A stretch of 64,000 nucleotides of DNA from Azorhizobium sp. AG788 (GCF_943371865.1 NZ_CALRWL010000017.1:40829-104828), one strand, 5' to 3'; counted from the stretch's first letter, positions 29,558 to 41,400 are shown. Made by a program: numbers and translations. The notes: generated from the sequence alone by a model not told the origin.

Positions 29558-29962
29558 GTGGCGAAGCCTGAACTCGGAACCAAGCGCGTCTGTCCGGTTA
29601 CGGGCCGCAAGTTCTACGATCTGAACAAGGACCCCGTCGTTTCCCCGTTCACCGGTGAAACGTACCCGCGTTCCTACTTCGAACCCGCCCCGCGCGCTGG
29701 AAGCCGCGCCGAGGCGGCCCGTGCCGCTCCCGCCGCAGAGGCGGAAGTGGATGACGTGGCTGATGTGGAAATCATCAGCCTTGAGGAAGCCGAAGAGGAA
29801 ACCACGGGCGCCAAGGTCCTGCCGGGGGCCGAAGACGTTGACGTGGACGAGGAAATCGACGCCGAAGCCGACGACGATACCTTCCTCGAAGAAGACGAAG
29901 ATGATGAGGATGACGTCGCCGATTTGATCGGAGATGGCATCGAAGACGACGAAGAGGCTTGA
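29558..29962 (+). CDS. TIGR02300 (FYDLN_acid) family protein
   Basis: AKPELGTKRVCPVTGRKFYDLNKDPVVSPFTGETYP followed by a long acidic tail is the family signature. GTG start chosen by analogy to family N-termini; the track ORF starts at 29507. Confidence 0.8.
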   Translation: MAKPELGTKRVCPVTGRKFYDLNKDPVVSPFTGETYPRSYFEPAPRAGSRAEAARAAPAAEAEVDDVADVEIISLEEAEEETTGAKVLPGAEDVDVDEEIDAEADDDTFLEEDEDDEDDVADLIGDGIEDDEEA

Positions 29963-30116
29963 TGCGATCAGCGGCTTGTGCTTAAAGGCCGCTCTCGCTC
30001 GGGGCACACCAGTCCCGAGCAACCGTCGCGGGACTTCCCGGCGGGCAGATGTCGGAAGAAGTCAATGATTTTTCATTGATCTTCGTGGCGACACAGCCCG
30101 TAGCCCGCGACCCGGT

Positions 30117-30192
<76 letters not shown>

Positions 30193-30432
30193 CTTCTCAG
30201 TTTGTAGTCGGCTAAGGCATCGGTCGCCGTCCTTTCGGCAGCCGGCCCGGTCGATCCGCCACTTGGCGGAACAGTATTGCGGTCACTGGTTTCGGCCAAG
30301 GATTGCGTGGCTGGGGACACAAGCGTCCCTGGCAACCGTCGCGGGACGTCCCGGTGGTTGATGTCGAAGGAGCGGGGTTGGCGTTAAGCCAATGATTTCT
30401 CTGCCGATATCCCCCACAGCCCGCGGCCCGGT

Positions 30433-30511
<79 letters not shown>

Positions 30512-30541
30512 CTCTTTTTCGTCATCCACTGACGACCTGAA

Positions 30542-30570
30542 CGGCTCCCCCAGGGAGCCGTTTTTGTTTT
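30542..30570 (+). terminator. rho-independent terminator after the tRNA pair
   Basis: CGGCTCCC-cca-GGGAGCCG 8-bp stem followed by TTTTTGTTTT. Confidence 0.85.
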
Positions 30571-30739
30571 CAGGGTGAGTCGGGCGCGGCGCGGCAGCTT
30601 GGACGCATCGGCGACCCTCTCTCTGCCATCGTGTTGCGATTCGCGGCCGGGCGCACCGCCCGGCCTCACCGCCATCGCCGCGGAGCAGAGACGTACGCGC
30701 GAATCACATCATCTTTCGCATCGAGGTCGGGCGCACGCC

Positions 30740-31807
30740 TCAGGAGCCGCCGTGCCACCACGGCTGCATCGGCTGCATCTGCCGCAGGTCCAGCGGTTCT
30801 CCGGGACGGGGCAGGGCCACAGGGACGGACGCCGGGCGGGCCGCCAGCAGGCGTTCGGGCGGCTCGGCCCAGGGGTGGGGCGCCAGGTCGAAGGTCGCCC
30901 AGTGCAGTGGCAGCAAAACCCCGCCCCTGAGCAAAGCGTGCGCCTCCAGGGCTTCCTCCGGCGTGAGGTGGACGTCCGGCCAGTCGTCGCTATAGGCGCC
31001 GATGGCGATCAGCGAGAGATCGAACGGCCCATAGGTGGCGCCGATATCGGCAAAGCCGGGGAAGAATCCGCTGTCGCCGCTGAAAAACACCCGATGTCCG
31101 GGGCTGGCGAGCACATAGGAGCACCACAAGGTGCCGTTGCCCCGCAGCCCGCGGCGGGAGAAATGCCGCGCGGGCGTGGCGGTGAGCCGCACCGCGCCGA
31201 CCTGCGCGGCCTCGTGCAGATCCAGCTCCAGAATGCGGGCCGCAGGCACGCCGAATCGCTCCAGATGCGCGCCGACGCCCAGCGGGGCGATGAACACCGC
31301 GCGCGCTTGCCGGGTGTCCGCCACCAAAGCGGCGATGGTCGGGGCATCAAGATGATCATAGTGGTCGTGGGACAGCACGATGGCGTCCAGCGGCGGCAGG
31401 TCGGCCATGGCCAAGGGCGGGGCATGGAACCGGCGGGGGCCGACGCCGGAGAAGGGCGACACCCGCTCCGACCAGACCGGGTCCAGGAGAAAGCGCTGGG
31501 TGCCCATCTCCAGCAGGGTGGTGGCATGGCCAAGCCATGTGGCCCGCAGGCCCGAGGGGGCGGGGAGCCGCAGGCTGGCGGCTGTGTCGCCATAGAGCGG
31601 CACCGGGCCGGCTGGCCGGCGGGCGGCGGTGTTGCCCAGGCGTCCGCGCAGGATTCGCGACGTGGAGCCCGGTGTCAGCAATTGCGTGGGAATGGGGTTC
31701 TGGAACGCCGCATCGCGGAAGTGGGGAGATCGCAGCATGCGTTCGAGACGGGCGCCCTTCGGCGCGGCACCAAAACTCTTGAAGGGGCTGGGCACGTATC
31801 CTGTCAT
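30740..31807 (-). CDS. MBL-fold metallo-hydrolase (NAPE-PLD-like subgroup)
   Basis: WLGHATTLLEM...FLLDPVWSERVSP...IVLSHDHYDHLD (HxHxDH-type motif), 355 aa. Confidence 0.8.
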   Translation of the reverse strand: MTGYVPSPFKSFGAAPKGARLERMLRSPHFRDAAFQNPIPTQLLTPGSTSRILRGRLGNTAARRPAGPVPLYGDTAASLRLPAPSGLRATWLGHATTLLEMGTQRFLLDPVWSERVSPFSGVGPRRFHAPPLAMADLPPLDAIVLSHDHYDHLDAPTIAALVADTRQARAVFIAPLGVGAHLERFGVPAARILELDLHEAAQVGAVRLTATPARHFSRRGLRGNGTLWCSYVLASPGHRVFFSGDSGFFPGFADIGATYGPFDLSLIAIGAYSDDWPDVHLTPEEALEAHALLRGGVLLPLHWATFDLAPHPWAEPPERLLAARPASVPVALPRPGEPLDLRQMQPMQPWWHGGS

Positions 31808-31952
31808 CCCTGTGGCGGCATGGTCTGCCAGCGCAAGGGGTCGGCCTCAAATGGGGCAGTGGTGCGGCATAGCTGCCGGTGGAGGGGGGAGATGCTGATG
31901 TGCAGCGGGCCGGCGCGCGGCCATTGACTTTCCACCAGGGCTTGGCCAGTTT

Positions 31953-31966
31953 TAACCAACTGGTTA
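31953..31966. promoter_or_regulatory. candidate operator: perfect palindrome TAACCA-AC-TGGTTA
   Basis: It lies in the divergent intergenic region about 90 nt upstream of the DUF993 start. It overlaps a second inverted repeat, CCAGTT-N6-AACTGG (31946-31963). Confidence 0.3.
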
Positions 31967-32054
31967 CTTAAAAGCCGGGCGAGGCGCGGCGATGGGCGTG
32001 ACCGAAAGGGTTTCGCCGTCCGGTGCCTTGCTACGGATGCTGGGAGAAAACGCC

Positions 32055-33221
32055 ATGACCACCCTGTCGCTGCCCGTGCCTGGGGGGCTAGCGCCCTATA
32101 CGCTGCGGGGCGCCCCGCTGTGGCCGGCGTCCGGCACGGCGCCTCCGGTCTTCAACCGCATCGCTTATGCGGCGGCCCATGTGGTGGCAGACCCGCTGGC
32201 GGACAATGATCCGTGGCTGGATGCAGCCATCGACTGGGATCGGACCCTGGCCTTCCGCCATCATTTGTGGGATCTCGGCTTTGGAGTGGCCGAGGCCATG
32301 GATACCGCACAGCGCGGCATGGGCCTGGATTGGCCGGCGGCGCAGGATCTGATCCGCCGGGTGCTGGCGGACGCCAAGACCCGCCCGGGCGCCCTGGTGG
32401 CCTCGGGGGCGGGGACGGAGCAACTGGCTCCGGGGCCGGATGTGACCGTCGATGACGTCATCCGCGCTTATGAGGAGCAGGTGGCGTTCGTGGAAGGGCA
32501 AGGCGGGCGCATCATCCTGATGGCCAGCCGCGCCCTCGCCAAGGCGGCGACCGGGCCGGACGACTATGCCAGGGTCTATGACCGCATCCTCTCCCAGGTG
32601 CGCGCGCCGGTGATCATCCATTGGCTCGGCGACATGTTCGATCCGGCGCTCGCGGGCTATTGGGGCCATGCGGACACGGACGCGGCGATGGACACCTGCC
32701 TCGACATCCTCGCCAGCCATGCGGACAAGGTGGACGGGGTCAAGATTTCCCTCCTGTCCAAGGAGAAGGAGGTCTCCATGCGCCGTCGCCTGGCGCAGGG
32801 GGTGCGCATGTATACGGGCGACGATTTCAACTATGCCGAACTCATCGCCGGCGACGCGCAGGGCTATTCCGACGCACTGCTGGGGATCTTCGACGCCATC
32901 GCGCCGGTGGCCTCGCTGGCTTTGAGCAAGCTGGCGCAGGGCGACGCCGCCGCCTTCGATGCGCTTCTGGCGCCGACCGTGCCGCTGTCCCGGCACATCT
33001 TCAAGGCGCCGACGCGCTTCTACAAAACCGGTGTCGTATTTCTGGCCTATCTCAACGGCCTGCAGGATCATTTTACCATGATCGGCGGGCAGCAGAGCGC
33101 GCGGTCCATGCAGCATCTGGCGGAACTTTTCCGCCTTGCGGATGCGGCCCGCTGCCTGCGCGATCCCGAGGATGCGGCGGCGCGCATGCGTCGGGTGCTG
33201 GCGCCGGCCGGCCTGCACTGA
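32055..33221 (+). CDS. DUF993 family protein (dihydrodipicolinate synthase-like TIM-barrel fold)
   Basis: FNRIAYAAAHVVADPLADNDPWLDAAIDWDRTLAFRHHLWDLGFGVAEAMDTAQRGMGLDW resembles DUF993 proteins. GGGAGA SD precedes the ATG at 32055. Confidence 0.72.
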   Translation: MTTLSLPVPGGLAPYTLRGAPLWPASGTAPPVFNRIAYAAAHVVADPLADNDPWLDAAIDWDRTLAFRHHLWDLGFGVAEAMDTAQRGMGLDWPAAQDLIRRVLADAKTRPGALVASGAGTEQLAPGPDVTVDDVIRAYEEQVAFVEGQGGRIILMASRALAKAATGPDDYARVYDRILSQVRAPVIIHWLGDMFDPALAGYWGHADTDAAMDTCLDILASHADKVDGVKISLLSKEKEVSMRRRLAQGVRMYTGDDFNYAELIAGDAQGYSDALLGIFDAIAPVASLALSKLAQGDAAAFDALLAPTVPLSRHIFKAPTRFYKTGVVFLAYLNGLQDHFTMIGGQQSARSMQHLAELFRLADAARCLRDPEDAAARMRRVLAPAGLH

Positions 33222-33444
33222 GAGCAGCGCCCCGGCGATTTCGCAGACAAAGGCGTGTGGGACACGGCGGGGCGCCTTTGATCCCGGGACGTGCGATCGG
33301 TAAGGCACCGCGTCCAGCACCGGCGATGGGCTCCGACGTGGCGTCGAGAGTTCCCTTGCGTGGCTGCGGGCGCTTCAACTTTGCCTGGACTTGCTCTAGA
33401 AGCCGGCAAGACACTCTTTCCGCCTTCCAGGATCAAGCCGGCCC

Positions 33445-34065
33445 ATGACCATCCGTTTGCACCGCGGCGATTTGCCGGACGATTTCCGCCCCGCCTCCGT
33501 GGTGGCGATCGATACCGAGACCCTCGGCCTGCGGCCTCACCGCGACCGGCTGTGCCTGGTGCAACTGTCCAATGGCGACGGCAATGCGGAACTGGTGCAG
33601 ATTCCGGCCGGGGCCACGGCCGCCAGCGCGCCCAATCTGGTGCGCCTGCTCAGCGATCCGGCGGTGGTGAAGCTGTTTCATTTCGGGCGGTTTGACATCG
33701 CCGTCCTGCAACACACCTTCGGCGTCACCACCGCGCCGGTGTTCTGCACCAAGATCGCCTCGCGGCTGGTGCGCACCTATACCGACCGGCACGGCCTCAA
33801 GGATCTGGTGCGCGAATTGCTCGGCGTGGACCTGTCCAAGCAGCAGCAGAGCTCCGATTGGGCGGCGACCGACCTCACGGAGGCTCAGCTCGCTTATGCC
33901 GCCTCCGACGTGCTCTATTTGCACGGATGCAAGGACAAGCTGGAGGCCATGCTGGCCCGCGAGGGGCGGACCGCCCTGGCGGCGCAATGCTTCGGGTTCC
34001 TGCCGGCACGGGCGGCGTTGGACCTCGCCGGCTGGTCCGAGGAAGACATCTTCGCGCATTCGTGA
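33445..34065 (+). CDS. rnd: 3'-5' exonuclease, short RNase D-like (DEDD family)
   Basis: VAIDTETLGLRPHRDRLCLVQLS (ExoI), KLFHFGRFDIAVL (ExoII) and YAASDVLYLH (ExoIII, DEDDy) motifs. 206 aa. Confidence 0.85.
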   Translation: MTIRLHRGDLPDDFRPASVVAIDTETLGLRPHRDRLCLVQLSNGDGNAELVQIPAGATAASAPNLVRLLSDPAVVKLFHFGRFDIAVLQHTFGVTTAPVFCTKIASRLVRTYTDRHGLKDLVRELLGVDLSKQQQSSDWAATDLTEAQLAYAASDVLYLHGCKDKLEAMLAREGRTALAAQCFGFLPARAALDLAGWSEEDIFAHS

Positions 34066-34176
34066 GGACGGCGTGCGCTGGCGGCCGGCGTGGCGGGACG
34101 GGCAGCGCCAATCGGTCGGGGGGCTGCCACTCCGCTCTGCGGGATGGTTTCCCGCCCGGGTACGGCCAGTGATTGG

Positions 34177-34218
34177 CACCGGGCGACTTACACCGTGCGA
34201 CTTGCACCGGGCGACTTG
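34177..34218. repeat. three tandem 14-bp direct repeats CACCG(G/T)GCGACTT(A/G)
   Basis: Read directly: caccgggcgactta / caccgtgcgacttg / caccgggcgacttg. They lie in the 305-bp rnd-lptC intergenic region. Confidence 0.85.
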
Positions 34219-34370
34219 CGCGCCATATGCGTTTCGGTGATGCTCGGACATATTGGTGCCGTGCACCAAAGTGATAAATCGCCGGTGTCGTACGGGGGCG
34301 GACGCGACGCGGCGGAAATCGGGCCGAGAGGGGGGCCGTGGCGCGTGCGCCTGTTCCCGAACAGTGAGCG

Positions 34371-35096
34371 ATGAACACACACGTGTCCCCACAAGATATG
34401 GATCGCCGGGAGGCCGCGGGCTTCGCGTCCCATGCGGCGCCGGATTTCCAGCGCGCCAACCGGCACAGCGCTCGCGTGCGCCTGATCAAGCGCCTGCTTC
34501 CGGCTGCCCTCGTCATCGCCCTGGTGCTGATGATCGCCATTCCCCTGGTGGGCAAGCTGACCATGAAGATGGAGCTGCCGTTCAGCCTCGGCACCTTGAG
34601 CCTCAGCGGGACGCGCCTGACCATGGAAGCGCCGAAGCTGTCCGGCTTTACCGATGATAATCGCGCCTACAACATCACTGCGGAAACCGCGACCCAGGAT
34701 GTGACGCGACCGGACATCATTGGTCTGACCGAGGTGTTCGCGCGGCTGGAACTGGCCAACAAGGGCTGGGCGACGGTGAAGTCCCACTCCGGCACGTTGG
34801 ACACCAAGACCCAGTTCATTACCCTTTCCGACGGGGTAGACCTTGCGACCAATGGCGGTTATGCCGGCAAGCTGCAGGATGCGGATGTGGATGTGAAGGC
34901 CGGCACGGTCACCACCGATCATCACGCGGTCCTGACCTATATGGACGGTCGCCTGGTGGCGGACCGCATGCGGATCACCGATCGTGGCAGCCGTGCGCTG
35001 TTTGAGGGGAACGTACAATTGGACTTCCGCCTCGCAAACGTTCCCAAGCCAGAAGCCCCGGCCGCCCCGGCGCCCCAACCTATTGTGAAGCCATGA
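34371..35096 (+). CDS. lptC: LPS export system protein LptC
   Basis: A single N-terminal TM helix (LLPAALVIALVLMIAIPLV) followed by an OstA-like beta-jellyroll region. It sits immediately upstream of, and 4-nt overlapped with, lptA. Confidence 0.8.
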   Translation: MNTHVSPQDMDRREAAGFASHAAPDFQRANRHSARVRLIKRLLPAALVIALVLMIAIPLVGKLTMKMELPFSLGTLSLSGTRLTMEAPKLSGFTDDNRAYNITAETATQDVTRPDIIGLTEVFARLELANKGWATVKSHSGTLDTKTQFITLSDGVDLATNGGYAGKLQDADVDVKAGTVTTDHHAVLTYMDGRLVADRMRITDRGSRALFEGNVQLDFRLANVPKPEAPAAPAPQPIVKP

Positions 35097-35698
35097 GGCG
35101 TCTTTCCACCGGCTTTGCCGCCGCCGCTCTGCTTGCCGCGCTTGGTCTCCAGGCGCTCGCCGCACCGCCGGCGGCCGCCCCCGCTGCCGCGCCCAGCGGC
35201 CCGCCCAATGCGCTGCAGGGCTTTGCCCGCAATCGCGACGAGCCGATCCGCATCAATTCCAACACCCTGGAAGTGCGGGACAAGGAAAAGATCGCGGTGT
35301 TCGCCGGCAATGTGGTGGTCACCCAGGGCGACACCACCCTGCGCAGCCCGCAATTGTTCGTCTATTACGACGGCGACGTGGCCGCCGTGCAGACGGGTGC
35401 GCCGTCGGAATCCAGCAAGATCCGCAAGCTGGAAGCGACAGGGGGTGTCGTGGTCCAGACAAAGGACCAGACCGCCACCGGCGACACCGGCGTCTTCGAG
35501 ATGAAGACCAACACGGTGACCATGACCGGCAAGCCCGTCGTTCTGACCCAGGGGCCGAACGTCATCCGTGGCCAGCGGCTGGTGGTGGACCTGACGTCGG
35601 GCGTCTCGAAATTCGAGGGCGGCCGCGTGGAAAGCCTGATCGTTCCTGGCAGCATGAAGCAGGACCCTGCCGCAGCTCCGGCCGCGCCCCGCCGCTGA
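35093..35698 (+). CDS. lptA: LPS transport periplasmic protein LptA
   Basis: Signal peptide plus OstA N-terminal-type repeats (IRINSNTLEVRDKEKIAVFAGNVVVTQGDTTLRSPQLFVYY...TGDTGVFEMKTNTVTMTG). Confidence 0.88.
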   Translation: MRRLSTGFAAAALLAALGLQALAAPPAAAPAAAPSGPPNALQGFARNRDEPIRINSNTLEVRDKEKIAVFAGNVVVTQGDTTLRSPQLFVYYDGDVAAVQTGAPSESSKIRKLEATGGVVVQTKDQTATGDTGVFEMKTNTVTMTGKPVVLTQGPNVIRGQRLVVDLTSGVSKFEGGRVESLIVPGSMKQDPAAAPAAPRR

Positions 35699-35855
35699 GG
35701 CCATTGGCCCAGCGGTCACGCGCGGGCCGAACCGGCCCGTGCGGCAGCTTGAGCGTCGCTGATACTTTGGTTGCGGCCCATTTTTTGCATGTTGCATTGC
35801 ATCAGCGATTTGGAAGGACTAAACCAAAGCTGGGGGCTGCGAACCGGAGCCCGGG

Positions 35856-36716
<861 letters not shown>

Positions 36717-36780
36717 CAGAGGCGCGCCGCTTTCCGTCCCTTTGGGCGACGCGGAGTGGGCGCGCAGGAGGGTTTTCGCC

Positions 36781-38334
36781 ATGGCGATGAGCCCAAAGAT
36801 GGAGTTTCGCCAGAGCCAGTCTCTGGTGATGACCCCGCAGCTGATGCAGGCCATCAAGCTGCTGCAGCTCTCCAATCTGGAGCTGGTGGCCTATGTGGAG
36901 GCCGAGCTGGAGCGCAATCCGCTGCTGGAGCGCGCCAGCGAGCCGGACAGCGCCGAGCATGATCTGCCCAGCCCCCATGACGAGCCGCCCGCGCCCATCG
37001 ACACCGGCGCGCCGGTGTCGGGCGACTGGCTGGAGACCGACCTCGCACCCACCCGCGAAGCCATCGAGACCCGGCTCGACACCGATCTCGGCAACGTCTT
37101 TCCCGATGAAGGACCGGCCGAGCGCCTGAACACGCCGGGCCAGACCGGCGGCGGCTCCACGGCGGAGTGGGGCGGCGGTGGCGATCGCGGCGAAGACTAT
37201 AATCCCGAAGCCTTTCTCGCCGCCGAAACCACGCTGGCCGATCATCTGGAGGCCCAGTTGGCGGTGGCCGAGCCGGATCCGGTGCGGCGTCTGATCGGGC
37301 TCAACCTCATCGGCCTCATTGACGAGACCGGCTATTTCTCCGGCGATCTTGACGCGGTGGCCGCCCAGCTCGGGACCACCCGGGCGCAGGTGGAGGATGT
37401 GCTGCGGGTGATCCAGACCTTCGAGCCCTCCGGCGTGGGCGCGCGCTCGCTGTCGGAATGCTTGGCGCTGCAATTGCGTGATCGCAACCGTTGCGATCCG
37501 GCGATGCAGGCCCTGCTGGACAATCTGGAACTGCTCGCCCGCCATGACCGCAATGCCCTGCGCCGCATCTGCGGCGTGGATGCGGAAGACCTGGCGGACA
37601 TGATCGCCGAGATCCGCCGGCTCGATCCCAAGCCCGGCCTCGCCTATGGCGGCGGCGTCATTCATCCCCTGGTGCCGGACGTCTTTGTGCGGGAGGCCTC
37701 GGATGGCTCCTGGCTGGTGGAGCTGAACTCGGACACGCTGCCGCGGGTGCTGGTGAACCAGATGTACCACGCCACGGTCGCCAAGGCGGTGCGCTCGCCG
37801 CAGGAGAAGACCTTCCTGGCGGACTGCATGCAGTCCGCGTCATGGCTCACCCGCTCCCTGGACCAGCGCGCGCGCACCATCCTGAAGGTGGCCAGCGAGA
37901 TCGTGCGGCAGCAGGATGCGTTCCTGGTGCATGGGGTGCGCCACCTGCGGCCGCTGAATCTGCGCACCGTGGCCGACGCCATCGGCATGCATGAATCCAC
38001 CGTCTCCCGCGTCACCTCCAACAAATACATCTCCACCCCCCGCGGCGTGCTGGAGATGAAGTTCTTCTTCTCCTCCTCCATTGCCTCATCCGGGGGCGGC
38101 GAGGCCCATGCGGCGGAGGCCGTGCGTCATCGCATCAAGACCCTCATCGAGGCGGAGACCGTGGACGACGTGCTGTCCGACGACACTTTGGTGCAGAAGT
38201 TGAAGGAAGACGGCGTCGACATCGCCCGCCGCACGGTGGCGAAGTATCGCGAGAGCATGAACATCCCCTCGTCGGTGCAGCGCCGGCGGGAGAAGGTGGC
38301 GGCCAGGGGCGACGCGGCCGCGGCAGCGGGTTGA
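36781..38334 (+). CDS. rpoN: RNA polymerase sigma-54 factor
   Basis: MEFRQSQSLVMTPQLMQAIKLLQLSNLEL region I, a C-terminal HTH, and the RpoN box ARRTVAKYRESMNIPSS. Start at the ATG at 36781. Confidence 0.97.
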   Translation: MAMSPKMEFRQSQSLVMTPQLMQAIKLLQLSNLELVAYVEAELERNPLLERASEPDSAEHDLPSPHDEPPAPIDTGAPVSGDWLETDLAPTREAIETRLDTDLGNVFPDEGPAERLNTPGQTGGGSTAEWGGGGDRGEDYNPEAFLAAETTLADHLEAQLAVAEPDPVRRLIGLNLIGLIDETGYFSGDLDAVAAQLGTTRAQVEDVLRVIQTFEPSGVGARSLSECLALQLRDRNRCDPAMQALLDNLELLARHDRNALRRICGVDAEDLADMIAEIRRLDPKPGLAYGGGVIHPLVPDVFVREASDGSWLVELNSDTLPRVLVNQMYHATVAKAVRSPQEKTFLADCMQSASWLTRSLDQRARTILKVASEIVRQQDAFLVHGVRHLRPLNLRTVADAIGMHESTVSRVTSNKYISTPRGVLEMKFFFSSSIASSGGGEAHAAEAVRHRIKTLIEAETVDDVLSDDTLVQKLKEDGVDIARRTVAKYRESMNIPSSVQRRREKVAARGDAAAAAG

Positions 38335-38489
38335 CGCGGCACGGGCAAAGGCCCGCTTCGTACAAGGGATGAGCGGTTCGTCCGCACCCAATGCTGGACA
38401 AGGCGCCTGGTCCCTGTTGAGCTTGCATCCCACAGATGCGCCCGCGCATGCCGGTTGCCACGGCAGACAGAACGGGCGGAAGGGAGGAC

Positions 38490-41400
38490 ATGCTTCAAGC
38501 TTGGGTCGTCATCATCCTTGCGTTCGCCTATATCGGCTCCCTGTTTGCCGTGGCGAGCTTCGGGGATCGTTTGCGCCTGGGCCGGACGCTGTCCGCCTCG
38601 CGTCCGCTCATCTACTCGCTCTCGCTGGCGGTCTATTGCACCTCCTGGACCTTCTACGGCTCGGTGGGCCTGTCCACGGCGCAGGGCTTCGACTTTCTCA
38701 CTATCTATCTCGGCCCGGTGATCGTCATTGCCGTGGGGACGCCCGTGCTCATGCGCGTGGTGCGGCTGGCCAAAGCCCATAACATCACCTCCATCGCCGA
38801 TTTCATCGCCGCCCGCTACGGCAAGCACCAGGGCATCGCCGCGCTGGTGGCGCTGGTGGCTGTGGTGGGGTCGATCCCCTACATCTCACTGCAATTGAAG
38901 GCCGTGTCCGCGTCCCTGCTGGCGGTGCTGGGCCATCTGGCGGGCGAGCCGGTGCAATTGCCGGTGGGCGGGGACATGGCCCTGTTCGTGGCGTTTGCCA
39001 TGGCGGTGTTCGCGGTGCTGTTCGGCACCCGGCACACGGACGCCACCGAGCACCAGAACGGCCTGATGCTGGCGGTCGCGACCGAGTCCCTGGTCAAGCT
39101 GGTGGCGTTCCTGACCGTGGGCGCCCTCGTCACCTTCATCATCTTCGACGGCCCGGTCTCCCTCTGGCATGCGGCGCAGGAGGCCGGCGTCACCAAGCCG
39201 TTCGAGCGCGGGATCAGCCTGGAAAACTGGGTGACCATGACCGTGCTCTCGGCGGGCGCCTTCGTGTTGTTGCCGCGTCAGTTCCATGTGGCGGTGGTGG
39301 AGAACAAGAGCGAGGCGGAAATCCGCCGGGCCCGCTGGCTGTTCCCGCTCTATCTCATCCTCATCAATCTGTTCGTGGTGCCGCTGGCCCTGGCGGGCAT
39401 GACGTTGTTCCCGCTCTCCACCGTCGACAGCGATGTCTATGTGCTGGCCGTGCCGCTGGCGGCCGGTTTCGAAAGCTTCGCGTTGCTGGCCTTCATCGGC
39501 GGCCTGTCGGCGGCGACCGCCATGGTGATCGTGGAATCCGTGGCGCTGGCCATCATGGTTTCGAATGACCTGGTGGTGCCCATGCTGCTGCGGCGCCGGG
39601 CCCGCCAGCCCGCCGATGGCCCCACCACCTTGCACGACATGTCGGAAACCCTGCTGCTGGTGCGCCGGGTGGCCATCTTCGTCATCATGCTGCTGGCTTA
39701 TCTGTACTATCGCACCACGGGTGAGGTGCAGTTGGCGCAGATCGGCCTGTTGTCCTTCGCCGCCATTGCCCAGGTGGGGCCGGCATTCGCCGCCGGTCTG
39801 CTGTGGCAGCGGGCGACGGCCAAGGGGGCGGTGACCGGCATCCTGGTGGGCGTTGCGGTCTGGGCCTACACCTTGATGGTGCCGAGCCTGGCGGACGCCG
39901 GGCTGGTATCGCAGGACTTCCTGCTGGCGGGTCCATTCGGGTTGAGCTGGCTGCGGCCGGAGGGACTGTTCGGCCTGGAGGCCGGGCCGCTCGCCCATGG
40001 GGTGGCCTGGAGTCTGGGCCTCAATACCCTCAGCCTCCTGGTGGTGTCCTTCCTGACCCGTCCCAGCGACATCGAGCGGGTGCAGGCGAGCCTGTTCGTG
40101 GCGACCGATCAGGCCATGGTGCGCCCGGCGTTCCGGCGGTGGCGCTCGTCGGTCAGTACGGAAGAACTGATCGTCACCGTGGCGCGCTATCTGGGCGACG
40201 AGCGGGCGCGGACCGCCTTTACCGCGTTCGCGGCGGCGGAGGGCATCCGGCTCGACCCGCTGCGGGAGGCGGACGCCCATCTGGTGCGGTTCGCGGAACA
40301 TCTCCTGGCCTCGGCCATTGGAGCTGCCTCCTCGCGGCTGGTGCTTTCCCTGCTGCTGCGCAAGCGCACGGTCTCCACCAAGGCGGCGTTGCAACTGCTG
40401 GATGATGCGTCCGCCGCCATCCAATACAATCGCGACCTGCTGCAAAATGCCATCGACCATGTGGGCCAAGGCATTGCGGTGTTCGACAAGGAAGCGCGGC
40501 TGGTGTGCTGGAACCGCAGCTTCGGTGCCATGCTGGACCTGCCGCCGGAGTGCTATGCCCTCGGCATTCCCCTGGCGGATATCCTGGCGAATGCGCCGCC
40601 GGATGCGCCCTCCGACCTCGACAATGCCGCCCGTGCCGCCCGCTATACCGCGGCCAGCGGTGCGGTGCTGGAGCGGCTCAGCCAGCGCGGCGCGGTGATC
40701 GAAGTGCGCTCCGATCCCATGCCCGACGGCGGCTCGGTGGTGACCTACACCGACATCACCGCCTCGGTGGAGGCCGAGACCGCGCTGGAGCGGGCCAATG
40801 AGACCCTGGAGCGGCGGGTGCGCGAGCGCACCGAAGAATTGGAGCGCCTCAACCGCGCCCTGGAAAAGGCCCGCGCGGACGCCGAGGAGGCCAATCTCTC
40901 CAAGACCCGCTTCCTGGCCGCCGCCAGCCACGACATTCTCCAGCCGCTCAATGCCGCCCGCCTCTATGTGACCAGCCTGGTGGAACGCGCCCAGGGGGCC
41001 GATGGCGCGCGTCTGGCGGGCAATATCGATGCGTCCCTGGAGGCGGTGGAAGAGATTCTGGTGGCCCTGCTGGACATCTCGCGGCTGGACAGCGGCGTGC
41101 TGCGCCCGGAGGTCGCCCCGTTCCGGCTGGATGAGGTGCTCAAGCAGCTGGAATTGGAGTTTGCGCCTCTGGCACAGGAGAAGAAGCTCGACCTGCGCTT
41201 CGTGCCCTGTGGCCTGACCGTGCGCTCGGACCGGCGGCTGCTGCGCCGGCTGTTGCAGAACCTGATCTCCAATGCGGTGAAATACACCCCTAAGGGCCGC
41301 GTTCTGGTGGGCTGCCGCCGGCACCGCGGCAAAGTGATGGTGGAGGTGATCGACACCGGCGTCGGCATTCCCCGCTCCAAGCACAAGGTGGTGTTTCAGG

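Noticed and set aside
33433-34392. Minus-strand 319-aa ORF spanning the rnd-lptC intergenic region.
   Set aside because: Most of it is antisense to the well-supported RNase D-like gene, and its translation has no recognisable domain. The intergenic part alone is too short and lacks a start signal.
38408-38422. Sigma-54-like promoter TGGTCC-N-TGAGC with correct GG-N10-GC spacing upstream of the hybrid kinase.
   Set aside because: The -12 element (GAGC rather than TTGC) and the -24 flank match poorly. A GG-N10-GC coincidence is likely in GC-rich DNA. Not reportable without experimental support.
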